Positions 8,217 through 16,786 of a DNA stretch of 64,000 bases are shown piece after piece (position 1 is the first letter of the stretch; every line of letters starts with the position of its first letter). The translations under genes and the position numbers were made by a program. Origin of the DNA: Rickettsiales bacterium UBA4311. GTDB taxonomy: Bacteria > Pseudomonadota > Alphaproteobacteria > Rickettsiales > Deianiraeaceae. The DNA lies in NCBI GenBank assembly GCA_002394665.1, contig DGUL01000007.1:30860-94859 (forward strand), read 5' to 3'. The notes below the pieces were generated by a model. It did no database searches and had not been told where the DNA came from. It saw only the letters and a list, made by a program, of their open reading frames with translations.

Positions 8217-9062
8217 CTACCTAAACATCAAATTTATGTCGCTTACAATAATACCCTCAGCACCAAATTCTTTAAGCTTTTTGCATACTTCAAAAATTTT
8301 ATCTTTTTTACAAAGCGTGTGAATCGCAACATAATCACTATCAATCAAATTCAAAATTGTTGGAGAATTTATAGAAGGAAGCACATTTTTAATATCGTTA
8401 ACTAAGTCTTTTTTTAAATTAAACATCAAATATTTTTGCTTCTTACCAAGTAAAACTGCGTCAATTCTTGCAATTAAATCATTTAAAATTTCACTTGAAA
8501 AATCTTTATTTTTTATCAAAACTGCTTCAAGATTTAAAACTTTTTTCAGCTCTTTTAACCCTTGTTGCATCAAAGTTGACCCAGTTTGAACAATGTCGAA
8601 AATGTAATCAGCAAAACCAAGTTCAACTGAAGTTTCAACAGAACCAGACATTTTTACTATACTTGCATTTATGTTATTTTTCTCTAAAAAATCCCGTAAA
8701 ATATTCGTATAACTTGTTGCAATTGTGGAATTTTGAACTTGTAAAATATCCCAGTTTTTGTAGACACCTCTACCGGCAAAAGAAAGATGACATTTCGAAA
8801 ACCCAAGCTTCCTGACTATTTCGGTTTTTTCTTCCATTTTATATTCCAAAAAACTGTCCATTCCGAGAACTGCGACATCAAATTGCCTATGTATTAAAAC
8901 GGGGATATCGGCACCTCTTACAAAATAAATTTCCAAAGGAAAATCTAAAAAACTGCAACAAAGTTTTTTATATCCACTTGTTTGAAGCCCGCAATTCTCA
9001 AGCAAATTTAAAAAATCATTTGAAATTCTATCGCTTTTTTGAATCGCAATTCTAAGTTTCAT
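8217..9062 (-). CDS. hisG: ATP phosphoribosyltransferase HisG (long form with C-terminal regulatory domain)
   Basis: LRIAIQKSDRIS, GADIPVLI, IATSYTNIL, DIVQTGSTL, and a C-terminal ~90-aa domain (281 aa total). Confidence 0.9.
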   Translation of the reverse strand: MKLRIAIQKSDRISNDFLNLLENCGLQTSGYKKLCCSFLDFPLEIYFVRGADIPVLIHRQFDVAVLGMDSFLEYKMEEKTEIVRKLGFSKCHLSFAGRGVYKNWDILQVQNSTIATSYTNILRDFLEKNNINASIVKMSGSVETSVELGFADYIFDIVQTGSTLMQQGLKELKKVLNLEAVLIKNKDFSSEILNDLIARIDAVLLGKKQKYLMFNLKKDLVNDIKNVLPSINSPTILNLIDSDYVAIHTLCKKDKIFEVCKKLKEFGAEGIIVSDINLMFR

Positions 9063-9063
9063 A

Positions 9064-9345
9064 TTACTTTTTTTTTAAAAGATTTTTCAAAACCCACCTA
9101 TAACCACCGAATTTTTCATCCTTTAAAAATCTCGCAACTCTTGTAATTGTTGTAGTGCTCGCACCGGTTTTTTTTGAAATTTCTGTATAAGGTATTTCTT
9201 GTGCAAGCAAAACCGCAACTTCAAGCCTTTGTTGTAATGCATCTAATTCTTTGGGGGTTGTGATGTCTTTTAAAAAATTCAACATGACTCTTCTGTCGTT
9301 TATTTTTGCTAAAATTGTAGATAAATTCAAATCATTCTTAGACAT
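9064..9345 (-). CDS. TrpR-family / YerC-YecD-like DNA-binding protein
   Basis: TPKELDALQQRLEVAVLL...TGASTTTITRVARFLK helix-turn-helix resembles TrpR and B. subtilis YerC. Its stop is 1 nt from the hisG ATG (TAA-T-ATG). Confidence 0.75.
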   Translation of the reverse strand: MSKNDLNLSTILAKINDRRVMLNFLKDITTPKELDALQQRLEVAVLLAQEIPYTEISKKTGASTTTITRVARFLKDEKFGGYRWVLKNLLKKK

Positions 9346-9365
9346 AAAAATAATAAAATTTGACT

Positions 9366-9392
9366 TTAATGTATTAACATATTGAAACGATA
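9366..9392 (-). repeat. his-cluster junction motif copy in the yerC-like / hisC divergent intergenic region
   Basis: TTAATGTATTAACATATTGAAACGATA. It matches the hisD copy at 22 of 27 positions and lies 20 nt upstream of the yerC-like ATG. Confidence 0.7.
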
Positions 9393-9425
9393 TATCAAAA
9401 AAATAATTGTCAATTTATTAATAAT

Positions 9426-10445
9426 ATGTTTTTGAATAAAGCATTGGAAAAAATGGAAAAATATGAAACACCCTTGCTTCCAGAAAGAGTTAAAAGACAA
9501 CATTTTAATGAATTGCACCAAACGATTTTACCAACAGACGTTTTGTTAGAAAATATTGATAAAAATTTAAACTTCTATCCTGAAAACCTTTACGAAGAAC
9601 TAACAAAAAAAGCACAAATATTTTACAATATCAATGAAAAAAAAATCGTCCCTACAAATGGAAGCGACGAGGGAATTGATTTGGTAATTAGAACATTTTG
9701 TAATCCAAATGATAAAATTTTAGTGCAAAAACCAACTTTCGCTATGTACAAGCAATACGCGGAGGCTTTTCAAGTTAACATTGTTGAAAGTGAAATTATT
9801 TTTCAAAATAATCAGTGGTTTGTTGATTTTGACAAATTGATCAATGATGCGAAACGAAACAAAGCAAAAATAATTTTTATTACAAACCCATTGGCACATT
9901 TGGGTGTTTTACTGAGTAAAAAAGACGTACTAAAATTGGTAAAATCATTGCCAAACATCGCAGTAGTTGTCGATGAAGCTTATATTGAATTTGTTGAAAA
10001 CTATCAAGAAATTAGTTGTATTGATGCGATAAACGAATTTAACAACTTAATTATTTTGAGGACTTTTTCAAAATTTTTCGGTCTCGCCGGAATAAGACTC
10101 GGGTTTGTATTTTCTGACTTTAAAGGAGAAATTTGTAAAATAAAATCTCCAGATAATGTTAGTGCTTTGACTTGTAAAGTTGGAATAAATGTTTTTAATA
10201 ACATAAGAAAAAAAAATATTAAAGAAAGACAAAAATTGGTAAAAAACAAAGTCAAAAAACTATCATCTTGGCTGAAAAATTTTGAAGAAGTTGAAAAAGT
10301 TTTTGAAACAAATACAAATTTTGTTCTAGTAAAATTAAGGTGTCAGTCAAAAATTTTTGCAGAAAAACTTTTTGAAAAATTTCAAATCAAAATTAGAGCT
10401 TTCGGAGGCGATTTTGAAAATTATTGCAGAATTTCAGTTGTATAG
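9426..10445 (+). CDS. hisC: histidinol-phosphate aminotransferase HisC
   Basis: NGSDEGIDLVIRTF, VVVDEAYIEF, PLP-lysine motif RTFSKFFGLAGIRLGF. Confidence 0.9.
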   Translation: MFLNKALEKMEKYETPLLPERVKRQHFNELHQTILPTDVLLENIDKNLNFYPENLYEELTKKAQIFYNINEKKIVPTNGSDEGIDLVIRTFCNPNDKILVQKPTFAMYKQYAEAFQVNIVESEIIFQNNQWFVDFDKLINDAKRNKAKIIFITNPLAHLGVLLSKKDVLKLVKSLPNIAVVVDEAYIEFVENYQEISCIDAINEFNNLIILRTFSKFFGLAGIRLGFVFSDFKGEICKIKSPDNVSALTCKVGINVFNNIRKKNIKERQKLVKNKVKKLSSWLKNFEEVEKVFETNTNFVLVKLRCQSKIFAEKLFEKFQIKIRAFGGDFENYCRISVV

Positions 10446-10515
10446 TGCAAATTTTACAATGTTTTTGTTAAAATACTCCTTGCAAAATAAAAAACTGCAA
10501 TTATAACCAGTCGCT

Positions 10516-10686
10516 ATGGCAAAAAAAAGTAGAACATTGGTTTTGTTGACAAACGAGGAGAGCGGATATTCTTATGTTCGCTGGGTAGATCCTCGCAGAA
10601 ATCAAACAAAATTGGCATTCAAAAAGTTTGATCCTTATTTGAGAAAGCACGCACTATTCAAGCAAAAGAAACTGGTAAATAGTTAG
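10516..10686 (+). CDS. rpmG: 50S ribosomal protein L33 (not in the supplied ORF track, 56 aa)
   Basis: Hand translation: MAKKSRTLVLLTNEESGYSYVRWVDPRRNQTKLAFKKFDPYLRKHALFKQKKLVNS. The MAKK start and KKFDPxxRKHxLFK pattern fit L33. Confidence 0.8.
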   Translation: MAKKSRTLVLLTNEESGYSYVRWVDPRRNQTKLAFKKFDPYLRKHALFKQKKLVNS

Positions 10687-10699
10687 TTATCGCAACTGC

Positions 10700-12064
10700 T
10701 TGGATATGGATGTTTTTGCATATTTAATCGGCGGTTTTTGTGTAGGTTTTGTCTTTGGTGCTGTTTTTTCTTATCTTTTTTTAAAGGGGAAATTTTCATC
10801 GGTTGAAGTTATAAAAAAGGAAAAAGAATTTGCGGAGCAGGAAAATGGCAGGCTTAAAGAAGAATGTGAGAAATCAAATCAAGAGTTCAATGAAATAAAG
10901 GAAAACAGCGGGAAAATGCTGGATGAGTTGAACAAAATTAGAGAAGAAAAAACCGAACTGGAAAAGCAATTGGCACAAGCAAATGGGAAAATTGAAACGC
11001 TTGATGATGCGAAAAAGTTGATGGATGATATAAAAAAAGAGATGAAAACCGAATATCAAAACATATCGCACGAGACAATCAATAAGCAGGGTGAAATAAA
11101 TAGGAAAAACATTGAAGAGAATTTGCAGAAGTTGTTAAATCCGTTCAAGGATGATATTAAAAACTGCAAGACAGCACTTGATGAGGTGAATTTGAAGACG
11201 AAGACAGAGATAAAAGACGAGATTGCAAAAATGATGGAAGGAACAAAGCAACTTGGCAAAAATGCGGAAGATTTAGCAAGTGCTTTTAGAGGTAAAAACA
11301 AAATGCAGGGAAATTGGGGAGAAGGGCAACTGAAAGAGATATTAGATAATGCGGGTCTTGAAGGGCGATACGAGGAGCAATTCACTTTTACGTATAAAAA
11401 CGAAACATACAGACCTGATATTATAGTAAAGTTGCCAGACGGAAAAAGATTGATAATTGACAGCAAAGTTTCGGTGGAAAACTACATCAAGTATTATAAC
11501 TCTACGGACGAAAAAGAAAAACAGAATGAGATGAAATTGCATATAAACTCAATAAAAAAGCATATTGATGAGTTAAAAAAATATCAGTCTTCGTATAAAG
11601 AATATATCAAAACAACGGGTGAAAAACTTGAAACTTTGGATTACGATGTGATGTTTATTGCTCCTGAAAATGCTTATGTTGATGCGGTTTTATTTTCTAA
11701 TCAAGAGATTTTGACATATGCCTTTGAAAATAATGTTGCGATAGTGACCGCTTCGTCATTGATGCCTGTATTAAGAATGATAAACCATTTGTGGAATATA
11801 GAAACATCTAACAAAAACATCAAGGATATTGTTGATAAAGTTGGTGTTTTGTACAATAAACTCTCAAAATTTTGCGAAATGACAAATAAGACGCACGACA
11901 AGTTGGTTGAAGCGGTGCAATTCCACGAGAAAGCAACAAATTATTTGGCAGAAGGGAATGATAATGTATTAAAAACAGCAGAGAGAATTAGAGGTTTGAT
12001 GGATAAGCAAAATCTTGCAGAAACGAAATTGTTTATAGAAAAACCAAAAGACGAGGACGAATAG
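10700..12064 (+). CDS. rmuC: DNA recombination protein RmuC
   Basis: N-terminal TM, coiled coil, GNWGEGQLKEIL and YRPDIIVKLPDGKRLIIDSK nuclease-like core. The start may be the ATG at 10706 rather than the TTG at 10700. Confidence 0.85.
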   Translation: MDMDVFAYLIGGFCVGFVFGAVFSYLFLKGKFSSVEVIKKEKEFAEQENGRLKEECEKSNQEFNEIKENSGKMLDELNKIREEKTELEKQLAQANGKIETLDDAKKLMDDIKKEMKTEYQNISHETINKQGEINRKNIEENLQKLLNPFKDDIKNCKTALDEVNLKTKTEIKDEIAKMMEGTKQLGKNAEDLASAFRGKNKMQGNWGEGQLKEILDNAGLEGRYEEQFTFTYKNETYRPDIIVKLPDGKRLIIDSKVSVENYIKYYNSTDEKEKQNEMKLHINSIKKHIDELKKYQSSYKEYIKTTGEKLETLDYDVMFIAPENAYVDAVLFSNQEILTYAFENNVAIVTASSLMPVLRMINHLWNIETSNKNIKDIVDKVGVLYNKLSKFCEMTNKTHDKLVEAVQFHEKATNYLAEGNDNVLKTAERIRGLMDKQNLAETKLFIEKPKDEDE

Positions 12065-12069
12065 TAATT

Positions 12070-14133
12070 TCACAAAAAATCATAACAATCCACATCAAAT
12101 TTGACTTGCACTTTTTGTGGGTGTTGAAAGTTTTTTCTAATTTCATTCAGGGCGTTTTGCACAGCAGAAGTCTTTGGAGATTTAAGCAAAAACCTATACC
12201 TATAATTTCGTTTCAAGTAGTGAATGTTGCTTTCCGCGGGGCCAAAAAATTCAACATTTGATGTCATTTTTTTTCTCAATTCTTGCTCCAATGATTTTGC
12301 AGTTTGCAAGGCAATTTCTTTATCTTCTGCGGAAATTGTAATGCTTGTAAATCTTGAAAATGGCGGTAAATTGAACTTTTCGCGTTGCTTGATTTCATCG
12401 GCATAAAACCTTTTTATATCGTGATTTTTTATGGTTTGTAAAACATTATTTCTTGGATTTCCCGTTTGAATATAAACAACAGCATCTGTTTTTTCTCGTC
12501 CTGCACGCCCAGAAAGTTGAAAAAGCATTTGAAACATACGTTCAAAGGCACGAAAATCGCCGTCAAGAGCCATTCCGTCTATGTCAAGAATTATAATATT
12601 TGTCAGTCGCGGAAAATGATACCCTTTTGTCATTATTTGTGTGCCTATAATCACGTCAATTCCCCCATTCTTGATTTCATTTGAAATGTTGTCAATATCA
12701 CTTTCTTTCGTTATTTCGTCGCTGGAAAAAAGGAGTGTTTGCAGTTCAATTCCGTTATCATTTGCGAATTTTTGAATTTCCTTTTCAACCTGCTCTACAC
12801 CAACACCTTTATTTGGTTGCAGATTTTTACTTCCGCAATTTTGGCAAGCAACGATATTTGGTATTTTATACCCGCAATAATGGCATTTGAGGAAGTTTTT
12901 ATTTTTGTGATATGATAACAAATTATCACAATTTTCACAATTCGCCTCATAGCCACAATCATCGCATTTTAGCGTTCTGGAATACCCACGACGATTTATA
13001 AAAATCATACTTTGTTCGCCTTTTTGTTTTGTTCGCAATATGCTTTCTCGTGCTTCTTGTGATATAATTTCAATGTTTTTTTCAGGCAAACCAATAATTT
13101 TTACTTCCGGTGGCTTTACCTCAAAATACTGCTTATTTATTGAAAAAAGTTCGTATTTTTTATCCATTACATTTTTTAATGTCTCAACAGAAGGTGTCGC
13201 GGAAGACAAAATTACAGGTATATTTTCATATTTTGCTCGTAAAATTGCCATATCTCTTGCGTGATAACAGGGTATTTCATCTTGCTTATAACTCCTGTCG
13301 TGTTCCTCGTCTATTACGATTAAGGATAAGTTTTTATATGGCAAAAGCAGTCCAGAACGCGTGGAGATGATGATTTTGACGTTGCCGTTGATGATATTTT
13401 CGTAATATATTTTTTTTTTTGCAAGCGACACGGAAGAGTGCCAAATGATTGGTTTTATGCCTGTCAAATCGTGGATGACTTTTATTAAATTATTCGTCAA
13501 AGCAATTTCTGGCATCATAATTAGCACTTGGTTTTTGTCGTCTTCAAGCAATTTTCGCCTTACGACCTCCAAAAACATAAACGTTTTTCCGCTACACATT
13601 GCCCCTCTAATCAACGACACAAAAAAACCACTTGTTTTAATGTTTTTAGCAACTTCTTCTTGCTCTTCGTTTAGTTTTATTGGGCTTGCGATTTTTGTTT
13701 CTTCTGCGATATTTACAACCTCCGCTAGTGTTTTTAATTCTCTTTTTTTGTTTAGCCAAGCGGATGGAACGGCATTTTCAAGCAATCTTTCAACGTCAAT
13801 GACGTTATACCAAGCCATTTTTTGAAGAAAATTTACGAAATTTTCACTGACAAGATTTTGCCATATAATTTCTTTTATTTCCTTGATTTTGCTGACTTCA
13901 AACGGCTTATTTCCAAGTTCTATTGTATTGTTTTTCACTTCTTTTTCTTCAATGGAGATTACTATGCCAATTAGTATTTTTTTGCCAAATTCTACTTTCA
14001 CGAGCGAGCCTTTGTATTTATCTGTTTTACTTGAATTGTCTGTCTCATCGGGAATTTTATAGCAAAATTGTTTTCGTTGATTGCCGAAACAGTAGACATT
14101 TGCGATGTGTATAAATTCAACACTTGCTTGCAC
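12070..14133 (-). CDS. priA: primosomal protein N' (replication restart helicase PriA)
   Basis: Walker A GAMCSGKT, LIVIDEEHD, and the Cys-rich zinc module CDDCG..CENC..CHYCG..CQNCG. Confidence 0.95.
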   Translation of the reverse strand: MQASVEFIHIANVYCFGNQRKQFCYKIPDETDNSSKTDKYKGSLVKVEFGKKILIGIVISIEEKEVKNNTIELGNKPFEVSKIKEIKEIIWQNLVSENFVNFLQKMAWYNVIDVERLLENAVPSAWLNKKRELKTLAEVVNIAEETKIASPIKLNEEQEEVAKNIKTSGFFVSLIRGAMCSGKTFMFLEVVRRKLLEDDKNQVLIMMPEIALTNNLIKVIHDLTGIKPIIWHSSVSLAKKKIYYENIINGNVKIIISTRSGLLLPYKNLSLIVIDEEHDRSYKQDEIPCYHARDMAILRAKYENIPVILSSATPSVETLKNVMDKKYELFSINKQYFEVKPPEVKIIGLPEKNIEIISQEARESILRTKQKGEQSMIFINRRGYSRTLKCDDCGYEANCENCDNLLSYHKNKNFLKCHYCGYKIPNIVACQNCGSKNLQPNKGVGVEQVEKEIQKFANDNGIELQTLLFSSDEITKESDIDNISNEIKNGGIDVIIGTQIMTKGYHFPRLTNIIILDIDGMALDGDFRAFERMFQMLFQLSGRAGREKTDAVVYIQTGNPRNNVLQTIKNHDIKRFYADEIKQREKFNLPPFSRFTSITISAEDKEIALQTAKSLEQELRKKMTSNVEFFGPAESNIHYLKRNYRYRFLLKSPKTSAVQNALNEIRKNFQHPQKVQVKFDVDCYDFL

Positions 14134-14197
14134 TTGAAAACTTGCTTTTTATAAAAAAAGCTGAATGTAAAACTCAACTTTAATTGCTTTTGCAATT

Positions 14198-14782
14198 TTG
14201 TTTTATATGGTATCTGCCTTAGTTTCGGTTCAAATTTTGGTATTCATATTGATGATTTATATGTCTTTGGCACAAAAAACATCAATATGTGTTGTAATTT
14301 CAAATGTAATTAGTGCAATACTCGTTTTTATTTATTGCATACTTCAAGCACCTGATATAGCAATAACAGAGGCGGTAATAGGAACGGCTGCAAGCACAAT
14401 ATTATTCGCTCTCGTTTTGTTGTATATTAAAAAATTGCCATCGCAAGAAAGTCAACAATTCTCTAACTCAATAGATGTTAGACAAAAATTAGTTGTTTTT
14501 TCAATATGTTTGGTTTTATTTTGGCTGTTTTTACTTTTTATCCAAAGTCTTCCAAAATTACAAATAGGTGAAATAGAAAGCTTTCAAAGAATTTCAAAAT
14601 TGTATATTAACAATGCAATAAAAGACTTCGGCTTCGCAAGTATAGTGACCGCTGTCGTTGCCGGATATCGTGGTTTTGACACAATGTTTGAAAATGTCGT
14701 CATATTTACCGCTTGCTATGGATTTTATGATTTAATCACGATGGATAAAAAGAAGAAAGCAGAAAAAGTTGTCAAAGAGTGA
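14198..14782 (+). CDS. Mrp/Mnh-type cation:proton antiporter small subunit (DUF4040/MbhD-like plus MnhB-like N-terminal segment)
   Basis: APDIAITEAVIGTAAS (DUF4040-like) and VVAGYRGFDTMFENVVIFTA (MnhB-like), with several TM helices. An ATG alternative start lies at 14207. Confidence 0.6.
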   Translation: MFYMVSALVSVQILVFILMIYMSLAQKTSICVVISNVISAILVFIYCILQAPDIAITEAVIGTAASTILFALVLLYIKKLPSQESQQFSNSIDVRQKLVVFSICLVLFWLFLLFIQSLPKLQIGEIESFQRISKLYINNAIKDFGFASIVTAVVAGYRGFDTMFENVVIFTACYGFYDLITMDKKKKAEKVVKE

Positions 14783-14786
14783 TTTT

Positions 14787-15488
14787 ATGGCTAAAAAAAA
14801 TGTTTCAAAAGGAGTTAGAGATGTCAAAAACAAGAATAACAGAAGTGGAAATGGTAAAAACGAAAACGGAAAGAAGTTTAAGTATCTAAAATTTGAAAAA
14901 CTCGTGAGAGACAGAAACCCTGATACGATAACAAAGAGTGGTGGCGAGTGTATTTATTATAACCTTCAAAAAGATGATTTTATAAGGCAATTAAAGTTAA
15001 AACTCATTGAAGAAGCACAAGAGGTTTTTGATGCCAAAGATTTAGATGAAATGATTGATGAAATGGGTGATGTTGTTGAGGTTTTGAAGTCGTTGATTAG
15101 GGTAGCAAAAATAAGGAAATTCAAAATTTGGAAAGCGAGAAGAAAAAAAGCAAAACAACGTGGCGGATTTAAGAAAGGCATTTATTGTAGATATGTTAAA
15201 TTTCCAACTGATATTACGGAAAAATGGATGTGGAAATACGAAGATATTACTGATGAAATAGAGAAATCGCAACAAAAAACCATAACATCAACAAACAATG
15301 TTGAAAGTGAAAAGACAAAAGAAAAAAAAAAATTAACTGACAAAACAAAAAACGATAAAACGGCAAAAAACAAAAATTCAAAATGTAATACAAAAGCAAA
15401 CGATAAAATGAAAAATAAAAATAATGCTAGAAAAGTCTCCCCTGAAAAAAATAATAAATCTAAAAGCACAAAGAAGGCTAAAAAATAA
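14787..15488 (+). CDS. MazG/HisE-superfamily (all-alpha NTP pyrophosphohydrolase, PRA-PH-like) protein with a Lys-rich C-terminal tail
   Basis: FEKLVRDRNPD...LKLIEEAQEV...DEMGDVVEVL...KQRGGFKKG matches the KLVRDxIP house-cleaning NTP-PPase family. The ATG at 14787 follows the upstream stop by 4 nt; the ORF track starts at the TTG at 14769. Confidence 0.7.
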   Translation: MAKKNVSKGVRDVKNKNNRSGNGKNENGKKFKYLKFEKLVRDRNPDTITKSGGECIYYNLQKDDFIRQLKLKLIEEAQEVFDAKDLDEMIDEMGDVVEVLKSLIRVAKIRKFKIWKARRKKAKQRGGFKKGIYCRYVKFPTDITEKWMWKYEDITDEIEKSQQKTITSTNNVESEKTKEKKKLTDKTKNDKTAKNKNSKCNTKANDKMKNKNNARKVSPEKNNKSKSTKKAKK

Positions 15489-15499
15489 GCAATAATACT

Positions 15500-16723
15500 A
15501 TGGCACAGGAACAAAGTACAGAAAAATTATACTATTTTGACTATCAATCAACGACGCCGATGGATAAGCGTGTAATTGAAGCGGTTTATCAATCAATGCA
15601 GGAAGATTATGGCAACCCGCATTCGGCAAATCATAAACTCGCTTGGCAGGCGTTTGAGAAAATTGAAAAAGCAAGATTGCAAATTGCGAGAGTTATAAAC
15701 GCAAAAGATAACGAAATCATATTCACAAGCGGAGCGACAGAAAGCAACAATTTGGCGATAAAAGGTGTAGCACATTTTTACAAAAACAAAGGCAAGCATA
15801 TCATAACGATGTCCGTAGAACATAAATGTGTTCTGGAAAGTTGTAGGTTTTTACAAACAGAAGGCTTTGAAATTACATATTTGGATCCGGAAGAGGACGG
15901 AAGATTGGATTTAGATAAATTAAAGGGTGCCGTTAGGAACGATACGATTTTAATTTCCATAATGGGGGTAAATAACGAGACCGGAGTAGTTCAAAATTTA
16001 GAAGCAATAGGAAAAATAGCAAACGAAAAAGGGATTTTATTTCACACAGATTGTGCCCAAGCATTTGGAAAAATACCGCTTGATGTTGAGAAAATGCATA
16101 TTGATTTGATGTCAATTTCAAGCCATAAAATTTATGGTCCAAAAGGCATCGGAGCTTTATACATAAGGCAAAAGCCGAAAGTTCGTTTAGTTCCTATTAT
16201 ACACGGAGGCGGGCAAGAAAAAGGTGTTAGAAGCGGAACATTGGCAACCCCTTTATGTGTTGGTTTTGGACTTGCAAGTGAAATTTGTATGCAGGAAATG
16301 GATAAAGATAACTCCCGTATTCAAAAACTAACAGATAAATTTCTTGATAAAGTTTTACAGATTGAGGATGTTTTTTTGAATGGTTCAAGAGAGCATAAAA
16401 TTCCAGAGTGCAATAATATAAGTTTTTTACATATAGAAGGCGAAGGGTTGATGTTGGCAATCCAAAATATGTGCATATCGACCGGCTCGGCTTGCAATTC
16501 ATCCAATTTACAACCCTCTTATGTTATTTCAAAAATGAGAAAAGATGAATATTTCGCCCATACAGCTCTACGATTTGGCTTTGGACGATTTACAACAGAA
16601 GAAGAAGTTGATATATTAACGGAGAAATTAACAAACGCAGTTGAACATATGAGAAGCATTTCTCCACTCTGGGAAATGAAAAAAAAAGGAATAGATATAA
16701 AAAAAATAAAATGGAGCGAATAA
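15500..16723 (+). CDS. iscS: cysteine desulfurase IscS
   Basis: FDYQSTTP, FTSGATESNNLAIKG, PLP-lysine SSHKIYGPKGIGALY, catalytic loop STGSACNS, and an IscS-type C-terminus LWEMKKKGIDIKKIKW. Confidence 0.95.
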   Translation: MAQEQSTEKLYYFDYQSTTPMDKRVIEAVYQSMQEDYGNPHSANHKLAWQAFEKIEKARLQIARVINAKDNEIIFTSGATESNNLAIKGVAHFYKNKGKHIITMSVEHKCVLESCRFLQTEGFEITYLDPEEDGRLDLDKLKGAVRNDTILISIMGVNNETGVVQNLEAIGKIANEKGILFHTDCAQAFGKIPLDVEKMHIDLMSISSHKIYGPKGIGALYIRQKPKVRLVPIIHGGGQEKGVRSGTLATPLCVGFGLASEICMQEMDKDNSRIQKLTDKFLDKVLQIEDVFLNGSREHKIPECNNISFLHIEGEGLMLAIQNMCISTGSACNSSNLQPSYVISKMRKDEYFAHTALRFGFGRFTTEEEVDILTEKLTNAVEHMRSISPLWEMKKKGIDIKKIKWSE

Positions 16724-16786
16724 ATAAAAACGATAAAGCAAAGTTTCAATCCATCTAAAAAAAAATAAAAACAACTTTAATCAATT

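Noticed and set aside
4715-9392. Considered whether the repeated his-junction motif represents integron attC sites, which would make the his/vat genes cassettes.
   Set aside because: The motif is only ~27 nt. It does not fit the GTTRRRY / RYYYAAC core pair (GTTAACA and GTTAATA both fail the RRR positions). No integrase gene is nearby.
15290-15488. Lys-rich low-complexity C-terminal tails. They occur here and at 16787-17000, at the end of rpmB (48940-49039) and in the 419-aa secreted protein.
   Set aside because: They are most simply explained by AAA/AAG-rich drift in an AT-rich genome. There is no evidence of a shared functional module.
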